64,000 nt of DNA from Candidatus Stercoripulliclostridium merdipullorum. Its GTDB lineage: Bacteria; Bacillota; Clostridia; Christensenellales; DTU072. The stretch spans positions 13,959-77,958 of the forward strand of contig DVOH01000013.1 of the NCBI GenBank assembly GCA_018713745.1, written 5' to 3'. The notes beneath the pieces were generated by a model, which was not told the DNA's origin, made no database searches, and saw only the letters and a list, made by a program, of their open reading frames with translations. The position numbers and the translations under genes are program-made. This document shows, in pieces, positions 1 through 7,123 of the stretch (the stretch's first letter is position 1; every line of letters begins with the position of its first letter).

Positions 1-354
1 GTCGTTCAAACGGGAAAACGCCAGTTTCAGTCCCTCTTTTTTTGCCCACTTCGCGTGTGCGTAATTGACGCGATACGGCGTCCCGTTGTATTTCAGCGCC
101 GCAAGCTCTGCCTGCGAAATCCAACGCTCGGGGAAAGCGGTCAGATCGACAAACAAATAATTCCCGCCGAAGGTGCTGACGCCGCTGTAAGGCGAATTGC
201 CCATCCCGATCGTCGTGATCGGCAGAATCTGCCAAACACTGCATGCCGTCGAACGCAAAAAGTCGATAAAATGCAATGCCCCTTTGCCGAAATCACCGAT
301 GCCGTATTCACCCGTCAACGCGCTGACCGGCAACAAAATTCCCGATTTTCTCAT
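1..354 (-). CDS. malQ: 4-alpha-glucanotransferase (amylomaltase, GH77), 5' part; runs off the left edge
   Basis: Not in the ORF track; translated by hand from ATG at 354: MRKSGILLPVSALTGEYGIGDFGKGALHFIDFLRSTACSVWQILPITTIGMGNSPYSGVSTFGGNYLFVD. This matches the MalQ N-terminus (R.SG+LL.+S+L..GIGD.G; WQ+LP; SPY). The start overlaps the upstream stop (ATGA). Confidence 0.9.
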   Translation of the reverse strand, partial: MRKSGILLPVSALTGEYGIGDFGKGALHFIDFLRSTACSVWQILPITTIGMGNSPYSGVSTFGGNYLFVDLTAFPERWISQAELAALKYNGTPYRVNYAHAKWAKKEGLKLAFSRLND

Positions 355-626
355 CGTTTGTTCTCCTTAAAAAACCGATACGGATACCGAAACCTCGGTG
401 TTGCCAGTACTTCTCCCAAGATCAGCGCCCTTCTCGCATCGGCGGGCGAAATGCCTGCCGATGTCGGCTCGGGCAACGTGGGATCGGCACTGACAACGCG
501 GACGTCATAGTGCTCCTTGCACCCTTCGTCCCCTGCCTTGACGCCGCTTTGCAATGCGACTTTTTCGACGCGTTCGGCGTTGGTTTCGGCAGGATGGGTA
601 TGCGCTTGTTTATGAATCAATTTCAT
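351..626 (-). CDS. Small hypothetical protein, positional equivalent of YqfB downstream of floA
   Basis: 91-aa ORF overlapping the floA stop and the malQ start, ending in a ..ALILGEVLATPR motif. Its position matches the third gene of the B. subtilis yqeZ-floA-yqfB operon. Confidence 0.6.
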   Translation of the reverse strand: MKLIHKQAHTHPAETNAERVEKVALQSGVKAGDEGCKEHYDVRVVSADPTLPEPTSAGISPADARRALILGEVLATPRFRYPYRFFKENKR

Positions 627-1624
627 TATTTTTTATCCCCGTCGGGCTTGGTCACCGTAGGTTGATCGGGGCTGAAAGACTTACGCATATCGGTATCCGC
701 CTGAATGTTGAGCATATTGTAGTAGTCCATTACGCCGATTCTGCCGCTCTTGAGCGCTTCGGCAAGTGCCTTGGGGACTTCGGCTTCGGCGGCAACGACC
801 ATCGCGCGCATTTCCTGCGTTTTTGCCTTCATTTCCTGTTCTTGCGCAACGGCAAGGGCGCGGCGTTCTTCTGCCGTCGCCTGGGCAATCCGCTTGTCGG
901 CTTCCGCCTGATCCATCTGCAGCTGAGCGCCGATGTTTCTGCCGACGTCGACGTCTGCGATATCGATCGACAGGATTTCAAACGCGGTTCCCGAATCCAA
1001 CCCTTTGGTCAAAACGGTCTTGGAAATCGAATCGGGATTCTCCAACACCTGCTTATGCGTTGCGGCAGAACCGATCGTCGTAACAATCCCTTCTCCGACG
1101 CGGGCAATAATCGTCTCCTCCCCTGCGCCGCCGATCAGTCGGGCGATATTGGCGCGTACCGTAACCATCGCTTTGGAGCGCAGTTCGATTCCGTCTTTTG
1201 CGATTGCCGAAATCATCGGCGTCGAAATTACTTTGGGATTGACCGAAACTTTGACGGCATTGAGAACGTCGCGGCCTGCAAGGTCGATCGCCATTGCCGT
1301 CTGAATGGACAGTTCGATATTGGCGCTGTGTGCCGAAATCAAAGCGTTGACGACTTTGATCACGTCGCCTTTTGCCATGTAATGGGTTTCGAGGGTGGCG
1401 ATATCGACTTCCAACCCCGCCTTCTTGCCGGTAATATAGGCTTCGACGATCATTGCGACTTTGACTTTACGAAGCCGCATTCCGACCAGCCGCGCCATCG
1501 AAACGGGAGCACCCGAAACCAATGCGCGGAACCAGATGTTGATCGGAACCAAGATTAAAAACAAAATAAACGCTACAATCGCGATCACTACCAAAGCGAT
1601 CCACCACATAATACACTCCTCCAA
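626..1624 (-). CDS. floA: Flotillin-like protein FloA (YqfA, SPFH family)
   Basis: N-terminal TM helix; motifs [58 protein letters not shown]; RBS GGAG upstream. Confidence 0.95.
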   Translation of the reverse strand: MEECIMWWIALVVIAIVAFILFLILVPINIWFRALVSGAPVSMARLVGMRLRKVKVAMIVEAYITGKKAGLEVDIATLETHYMAKGDVIKVVNALISAHSANIELSIQTAMAIDLAGRDVLNAVKVSVNPKVISTPMISAIAKDGIELRSKAMVTVRANIARLIGGAGEETIIARVGEGIVTTIGSAATHKQVLENPDSISKTVLTKGLDSGTAFEILSIDIADVDVGRNIGAQLQMDQAEADKRIAQATAEERRALAVAQEQEMKAKTQEMRAMVVAAEAEVPKALAEALKSGRIGVMDYYNMLNIQADTDMRKSFSPDQPTVTKPDGDKK

Positions 1625-1645
1625 AAATTAATAATAGAAACAGGC

Positions 1646-2176
1646 TTATTCGGCCCGAATTACCGTAATTTTGCTTCCCTCGACCGAAACGACGCGGACA
1701 GCCTCGCCGTTTTTAATGAAAAACCCCTCGGTTACGACGTCATACAGAACGGCGTCGATCTCGACTTTGCCGACGGGGCGAAGATCGGTGCGTGCAACGC
1801 CGACGGCACCGACCAGTGCGGAATAGTCGGCAGTCCCGTCGGAATGCCCGAACGCAACCGCGGTACTGCTTTCGATCAAAGGAGAACGGTTGAGCCATCC
1901 TTTTTTTGCCGTCACGGCAAGAATCAGGAAGGCAATAACAATAAAAATCACATAGAAAAGCAACAGCAAAAACACCTGTGCAAAGACGTTACCGTCGCCC
2001 ACGATGGCGCGCAAAACGATGCCGACAACGGCAAGGATGCCGCCCAACACTCCGAAGATCCCGAATCCGGGCTGAAAAATTTCGATGATAATAAAGACCA
2101 GTCCGACGATCAGGCAAATCCCCGCAGGAATGGTCATTCCGCGGAACAATATCAGAAATTCGTTGACAAAACTCAT
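1646..2176 (-). CDS. NfeD family membrane protein (short YqeZ-like, C-terminal OB fold)
   Basis: Hydrophobic helices with IEIFQPGFGIFG, followed by GVARTDLRPVGKVEIDAVLYDVVTEG.FI..GE.VRVVSVEGSKITV. Start moved to ATG at 2176 (MSFV), downstream of a TTTACA-17-TATAAT promoter. Confidence 0.85.
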   Translation of the reverse strand: MSFVNEFLILFRGMTIPAGICLIVGLVFIIIEIFQPGFGIFGVLGGILAVVGIVLRAIVGDGNVFAQVFLLLLFYVIFIVIAFLILAVTAKKGWLNRSPLIESSTAVAFGHSDGTADYSALVGAVGVARTDLRPVGKVEIDAVLYDVVTEGFFIKNGEAVRVVSVEGSKITVIRAE

Positions 2177-2234
2177 AGTTACCTTGTCGAAGGGTTGCCC
2201 CTCCGCACACTCCGCTATCAATCTTTATATGGTT

Positions 2235-2263
2235 ATTATAATATACTCCGCTTCGCTTGTAAA
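2235..2263 (-). promoter_or_regulatory. sigmaA-type promoter of the nfeD-floA operon
   Basis: Minus strand TTTACA (2263-2258), 17 nt, TATAAT (2240-2235). Confidence 0.65.
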
Positions 2264-2283
2264 TACCCAACCGCACCGCAAAT

Positions 2284-2314
2284 AAAAAAGCCGACCGCTA
2301 CCGCGATCGGCTTA
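2284..2314 (-). terminator. Intrinsic terminator after the oxidoreductase operon
   Basis: Minus strand AAGCCGATCGC-GGTA-GCGGTCGGCTT followed by a T-run. Confidence 0.8.
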
Positions 2315-2329
2315 TCTTGTACGGAGTTG

Positions 2330-2863
2330 TCAGCGAACAGCGGCAAATCCCAACTCCAACGCCTTAAGGTTGGCGGGAATGACTTTGGGTTTACGGGCAA
2401 ACTTGTCTTCGATCACTTTTGCGGCAAGCTCCTTGCTTACGATCCCGCTCTTGGCAAGATAGGCACCCAAAACTACGATATTTGCGGTTTTGGCATTGCC
2501 TGCTTCGAGTGCGAGCGCGCCTGCGTCGATGTAGATGACGTCAACGTCGTTCCGTTCGACGTGATCGGGGATCAAGGAGCGGTTGACAATGACCGTTCCG
2601 CCCGGACGAACCTTATCGACAAACTTATAGAGGCTGGGTTTATTCATGGCGATCAGGCAGTCGGGAGCCGAAATGATCGGGCTTGCGACTTGTTGATCGG
2701 ATACGACAACGCTGCAGTTGCTGGTGCCGCCCCGCATTTCGGGTCCGTAACTCGGAAGCCACGTGACTTCTTTGCCGTCGGCAATCGCGGCATACGCCAC
2801 AAATTGACCGAGACTCAACACACCCTGTCCGCCGAATCCTGCTACGATAATTTTCTCTTCCAT
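2330..2863 (-). CDS. 2-oxoacid:ferredoxin oxidoreductase gamma subunit
   Basis: AGFGGQGVLSLG and WLPSYGPEMRGGTSNC motifs. Confidence 0.93.
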   Translation of the reverse strand: MEEKIIVAGFGGQGVLSLGQFVAYAAIADGKEVTWLPSYGPEMRGGTSNCSVVVSDQQVASPIISAPDCLIAMNKPSLYKFVDKVRPGGTVIVNRSLIPDHVERNDVDVIYIDAGALALEAGNAKTANIVVLGAYLAKSGIVSKELAAKVIEDKFARKPKVIPANLKALELGFAAVR

Positions 2864-3600
2864 TATTCAATCTCCTTAAAAACACCCAGCGGGAAAATCT
2901 TGGTCATTTCGGATTTCAGAAATTCCGTCGCCTGCACCGGCGTCATACCCCAGTTGGTGGGGCAAGTCGACAGCAGCTCGACCATGCTGAATCCTTTGCC
3001 TTCTTTTTGATTGCGAAACGCTTTTTGAATCGCCTGTTTTGCCTTGCGGACATTGGCGGGATCACACAAAGCGCACCGTGCAATGTAGCTCGGACCGTCC
3101 AAAGTCGCAAGCATTTCCGCCATGCGAATGGGGTTGCCGTTTGCCGCAACCGTACGTCCGAGGGGGGAGGTCGTCGTCTTTTGTCCGACCAGCGTCGTCG
3201 GAGCCATCTGACCACCCGTCATCCCGTAAATCGCGTTGTTGATGAAAATAACGGTAATGTTTTCGCCGCGCGCCGCCGCATGAATGATTTCCGCCGCACC
3301 GATGCTGGCAAGGTCGCCGTCGCCCTGATACGAAAAGACCGTTCTGTCCGGATTGCAACGTTTGATTCCCGTTGCGACCGCGGGCGCTCTGCCGTGCGCC
3401 GCTTCCTGCATATCGCAGTTGAAAAATTTATACGCAAATACCGCGCAGCCGACGGGAGCAATCCCGATAATATTGCCCTTTTCACCCATTTCGTCCAGCA
3501 CTTCCGCAACCAGACGGCAGGCAATGCCGTGGGTACAACCCGGGCAAAAACTGAAGGGAGTATCGGTCAGCAGTTCGGTTTTTTTGAATACGGTTGCCAT
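2863..3600 (-). CDS. 2-oxoacid:ferredoxin oxidoreductase beta subunit (TPP-binding)
   Basis: FCPGCTHG, PVGC, HGRAPAVATG, YQGDGD...NNAIYGMTGGQ TPP-binding motif, STCPTNW. Confidence 0.93.
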   Translation of the reverse strand: MATVFKKTELLTDTPFSFCPGCTHGIACRLVAEVLDEMGEKGNIIGIAPVGCAVFAYKFFNCDMQEAAHGRAPAVATGIKRCNPDRTVFSYQGDGDLASIGAAEIIHAAARGENITVIFINNAIYGMTGGQMAPTTLVGQKTTTSPLGRTVAANGNPIRMAEMLATLDGPSYIARCALCDPANVRKAKQAIQKAFRNQKEGKGFSMVELLSTCPTNWGMTPVQATEFLKSEMTKIFPLGVFKEIE

Positions 3601-3601
3601 C

Positions 3602-4657
3602 TTATTTGCCCTCCTTGATTACCGCTACGATGTCGTCGGGCGTCATGACGTTTCCGCCCGTTCTGCCGAAAAACGAAACCGGTTTGGCGCCGTTTACGGC
3701 GAGTCTGACGTCTTCGATCATCTGCCCCATACTGAGTTCGATCGTGACAAAACGCTTGACCGACTCTTTTGCCGCCAACGCCGCAATCTGCTTTTCGGGG
3801 AAGGGATACAGCGTAACGGGACGGAACAGCCCTGCTTTAATACCCATTTCGCGCAACGTGTGAACCGCACTTTTCGAGATCCGCGCGACCGTACCGTAAG
3901 CGACCAGAACGACTTCGGCATCGTCGCACATATATGCTTCGTATTTCAGCTCTTTTTCGGCAAGCTCGGCGTAACGGGCAAAGAGTCTGTGATTGATCTC
4001 TTCCAAAACGTCGGGTTCGATATACAGAGAGTTGATGATCCGTCTGTTTGCGCCGAAGCCCGTGCCGTCGGTCGCCCATTCTTTTTTGGGGAAGGTGGCG
4101 GGATCTTTGAATTCGGGAATTTCTACCGCTTCCATGATCTGTCCGAGCATTCCGTCCCCGAGAATCATAACGGGCATACGGTACTGATCGGCTTTGTCAA
4201 ACGCGTCGTAAATCAGATCAACGGCTTCCTGAACGGTTCCGGGTCCGTAAACCAACATATGATAATCGCCGTGGCCACCCCCTTTGACCGCCTGGAAATA
4301 GTCGGACTGAGCAGGTTGAATCCCGCCGAGACCGGGGCCGCCGCGCACCATATTGACGATTACACAGGGAAGTTCGGCACCGCAGATATAGCTGATGCCT
4401 TCCTGCTTTAAGCTGATGCCGGGCGAAGAGCTGGACGTCATCGCACGCGCGCCGCTTCCCGCCGCGCCGTAAACCATGTTGATCGCCGCAACTTCGGACT
4501 CGGACTGAATAAATACGCCTCCGACTTCGGGCAGACGTTTGCTGAGATACTCGGGAATTTCGTTTTGCGGCGTAATGGGATATCCGAAAAACGCGCGGCA
4601 ACCGCCGCGGATGGCAGCTTCTGCAATCGCTTCGTTGCCTTTCATCAATTTTTTCAT
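3602..4657 (-). CDS. vorB: 2-oxoacid:ferredoxin oxidoreductase alpha subunit (VorB-like, branched-chain 2-oxoacid type)
   Basis: KGNEAIAEAA, FFGYPITPQNE, ESEVAAINMVYGA, TSSSSPGISLKQEG, GGGHGDY. Confidence 0.9.
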   Translation of the reverse strand: MKKLMKGNEAIAEAAIRGGCRAFFGYPITPQNEIPEYLSKRLPEVGGVFIQSESEVAAINMVYGAAGSGARAMTSSSSPGISLKQEGISYICGAELPCVIVNMVRGGPGLGGIQPAQSDYFQAVKGGGHGDYHMLVYGPGTVQEAVDLIYDAFDKADQYRMPVMILGDGMLGQIMEAVEIPEFKDPATFPKKEWATDGTGFGANRRIINSLYIEPDVLEEINHRLFARYAELAEKELKYEAYMCDDAEVVLVAYGTVARISKSAVHTLREMGIKAGLFRPVTLYPFPEKQIAALAAKESVKRFVTIELSMGQMIEDVRLAVNGAKPVSFFGRTGGNVMTPDDIVAVIKEGK

Positions 4658-4667
4658 ACCGACCTCC

Positions 4668-4871
4668 TTAGCGTTCGACTTCGATGCAGACGTCCGGGCA
4701 CATCATTGCGCACATGGCGCAACCGATGCACAGCTCGGGATGGGCGGGGTACGCGACAAAATACCCGGCTTTGTTGGACTCGGTCGAAATCTCGATAACT
4801 TTTTTGGGACAGGCGTTGACGCACAACGCGCAACCTTTGCAGCCTTCTTTGTTGACGGTAATGCTTGCCAA
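4668..4871 (-). CDS. 2x[4Fe-4S] ferredoxin-like delta subunit
   Basis: CKGCALCVNACP and CIGCAMCAMMCP; TTG start behind AAGGAG. Confidence 0.9.
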   Translation of the reverse strand: MASITVNKEGCKGCALCVNACPKKVIEISTESNKAGYFVAYPAHPELCIGCAMCAMMCPDVCIEVER

Positions 4872-5184
4872 AGTAGTGCTCTCCTTTACTGTCTTTAATT
4901 ATCTATATATATTATACCTTTCCGACAAAAACTGCAAGCGATCGATCGCGGTTTTTCAAACGATGGATCGGCGATTTACGATTTTTTCGCCTTATCCCGT
5001 CCGCTATCTTTTGTCCGATATTGATCTACTCCGGATTATCCTTTCGCAAAAAAAATAAGAGGGTAAAAAATTTATATCATATTTTGTAGCTATAGCTACT
5101 ATAATATGCTGAAATGCGCATATCATCAACAGAGGATGACCTCGCGCACGTTCGCCCGATGACAAGCCATCGCGCGGGGATCAC

Positions 5185-5215
5185 AAAAAAAAGCGTCCCG
5201 TGCGGGACGCTTTTT
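5185..5215. terminator. Bidirectional intrinsic terminator
   Basis: A-run, GCGTCCC-GTGC-GGGACGC stem-loop, T-run; lies just downstream of the NYN-like gene. Confidence 0.85.
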
Positions 5216-5232
5216 GGATGCTTGCAATCAGA

Positions 5233-5808
5233 TTAGCGACGATAGTTTTTGAGGATCTCGCTGCCGGAGAGAAGACGGCTCTTGGCTTCGGCAACATAGG
5301 GATTCTCTTTGGGAGCGGCGACCACGGGCTTCGGCGCTTTTTTGACAGCGGGCTTGGTTGCAGGTGCGGCATAGCCTTCGCGGAGCGCGGAGGTCGGAAC
5401 CGCAATAAATCCCGTATACGCATAGCTGTACTTGGTTTCGGCAACGTTGATTTCGTAAACATCGATGCCTTTGCCTTTGAGCAGATTGATGACGGGGAGG
5501 ATGTCGCCTTCGCCGACAATCAGACCGACTGCGTCGATGCTGTGAGCAGCCGCGATATCGGCAGCGTCGATCACCTGACGGCAATCCAGCTTATTGCGGC
5601 GGCGCGATGCGCTGGGCAAAGAAGTTTCGTAGCCGTTTGCCGAAATGTACTCGTTGAAATCGCGGTTTCTTTTGGCAACGTAGCTGTAGAACTTACAGGT
5701 CACGACTTCGAACTTTGCTTCGAGATTTTGGACGATTTTCTTGAAGCCGGCGCAAGTCACTCTGAGGCTTGCGATATCGGCAAGGATGATCATTTTGGGT
5801 TTGTTCAT
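5233..5808 (-). CDS. NYN (LabA/DUF88, PIN-like) domain protein, degenerate
   Basis: IILADIAS...KFY...LDCRQVIDAADI...DAVGLIVGEGDILPVINLLKGKGIDVYEI follows the NYN pattern (D, D..ID, SGDGDF.P...L..G..V). It has a K/P/A-rich tail and an RBS GGAGG. Confidence 0.65.
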   Translation of the reverse strand: MNKPKMIILADIASLRVTCAGFKKIVQNLEAKFEVVTCKFYSYVAKRNRDFNEYISANGYETSLPSASRRRNKLDCRQVIDAADIAAAHSIDAVGLIVGEGDILPVINLLKGKGIDVYEINVAETKYSYAYTGFIAVPTSALREGYAAPATKPAVKKAPKPVVAAPKENPYVAEAKSRLLSGSEILKNYRR

Positions 5809-5875
5809 TGATTTCCTCCGTTCTTATAATTTATGGATTGAATCAGTAAAATACGCCTTGTTTTTTACTGTTTTC

Positions 5876-5904
5876 ATTATATCACGGCTTTTTCCATAAA
5901 TCAA
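5876..5904 (-). promoter_or_regulatory. sigmaA-type promoter of the NYN-like gene
   Basis: TTGATT (5904-5899), 17 nt, TGaTATAAT extended -10 (TATAAT 5881-5876). Confidence 0.7.
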
Positions 5905-6080
5905 GCCGCAAAATTGTTTTTTTCAAAAAATTTTGCGGCTTGCTTATTTTCGGAATCCCGAACCTCGATTTTGCGTTACGATTTGCGACGATATTTTGCG
6001 CGTTTTGTACGCCGTTTCGGATTCGGATTTGATTGTCCGGAGCATCCCTTTTGGGATACCCCGAATCTTACTTTCAGCGA

Positions 6081-6359
6081 TTACGCTTTGGTGTAAACGC
6101 TGACCTGCTTGTCGTTTCTGCCCTTGCGCTCGAAGCGTACCACGCCGTCGATCAACGCAAACAAAGTATCGTCTTTGCCGATCCCTACGTTGTTGCCGGG
6201 ATGGAATTTGGTCCCTCTTTGTCTGACCAAAATGTTGCCGGCTTTGACAAACTGTCCGTCCGCTCTCTTGGGACCCAGGCGTTTTGCCGCACTGTCACGT
6301 CCGTTACGGGAGCTACCGACACCTTTTTTGTGGGCGAATAATTGAATTTTAATAAGCAT
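6081..6359 (-). CDS. rpmA: 50S ribosomal protein L27 with N-terminal Prp-cleavable extension
   Basis: [28 protein letters not shown]. Confidence 0.98.
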   Translation of the reverse strand: MLIKIQLFAHKKGVGSSRNGRDSAAKRLGPKRADGQFVKAGNILVRQRGTKFHPGNNVGIGKDDTLFALIDGVVRFERKGRNDKQVSVYTKA

Positions 6360-6678
6360 TGTCTACTTCCTCCAATTTTACATAGCGGGGATATTGCTTT
6401 GCGATCGAGCGTACCGTTACGCGCACCGTCTCGAGAATTGCCTTGACGTCGACGCGCTTAGCGTCCTGTCCGCCGATCTCGTATCGCAGATACCCCTCTC
6501 CCTCTTTGGTTTTTACCTCGACTTTTGCGACTTCGCAAAGTCCTGCCAGTCCGCTCTGGACAGCGACCGATACTGCAGCGCAGACAACGTCCTTGCCACT
6601 CCTTGCGTATCCGGCATGTCCCTTGCTTTCGACCGACTCGATTGCGCCGTCGCGGGTAAAAACGGTTACGGTGGTCAT
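6349..6678 (-). CDS. prp: Ribosomal-processing cysteine protease Prp (YsxB)
   Basis: SKGHAGY...DVVCAAVS motif, located between rplU and rpmA. Confidence 0.93.
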   Translation of the reverse strand: MTTVTVFTRDGAIESVESKGHAGYARSGKDVVCAAVSVAVQSGLAGLCEVAKVEVKTKEGEGYLRYEIGGQDAKRVDVKAILETVRVTVRSIAKQYPRYVKLEEVDNAY

Positions 6679-6983
6679 CAGCCTACGATTTCGAGAATTT
6701 TGATCTCGGTGTACGGCTGTCTGTGTCCTTGTCTTTTACGAACGTTCTTTTTGGCTTTGTAAGTAAAAATGTCGATCTTGGGTCCGCGTCCGCTGAACAC
6801 GACTTCTGCCGTTGCGTAAGCATCTTTGACCGCGTCGCCGGCTTTGACAACGCCGTTATCGCTGACAAACAACACGGGCAATTTGACTTTTGCGCCCACT
6901 TCTTCGCTCAGCAATTCGACTTTAAGAACCGAACCGGTTTCGACTTTGTACTGTTTTCCGCCTGTCAAAACAATTGCGTACAT
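6678..6983 (-). CDS. rplU: 50S ribosomal protein L21
   Basis: MYAIVLTGGKQYKV...KRQGHRQPYT. Start set at 6983 by spacing from GGGAGGT. Confidence 0.98.
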   Translation of the reverse strand: MYAIVLTGGKQYKVETGSVLKVELLSEEVGAKVKLPVLFVSDNGVVKAGDAVKDAYATAEVVFSGRGPKIDIFTYKAKKNVRKRQGHRQPYTEIKILEIVG

Positions 6984-7001
6984 TTGCATTACCTCCCTTT
7001 A

Positions 7002-7062
7002 GGACTCGCCATCGAGGCGGCGCGGAACGCGCTCTTCGTGCCTTTTTTGTGCGGCTTTTAAT
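7002..7062 (-). ncRNA. Probable L21 leader (autoregulatory r-protein leader)
   Basis: 5' UTR of rplU carries CGCAC near its start and GCC-TCGAT-GGCGAGTC just before the RBS, resembling the Firmicute L21_leader. A -10-like TATGAT lies at 7073-7068. Confidence 0.55.
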
Positions 7063-7123
7063 AGATTATCATAGACTGCGGTATTTTGCAAGGATTTTTA
7101 TACTGTTTCCTGCAAATTCGACG

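Noticed and set aside
55-510. 151-aa plus-strand ORF at the left edge
   Set aside because: It overlaps the minus-strand malQ reading frame, which has clear family motifs.
5106-5162. 18-codon plus-strand ORF (MLKCAYHQQRMTSRTFAR)
   Set aside because: The ATG directly abuts the TATAAT, so it would lie upstream of any start site. There is no RBS and no supporting feature.
6081-6678. L27 N-terminal extension plus the intervening prp gene as a novelty
   Set aside because: This is the well-described Firmicute Prp processing system.
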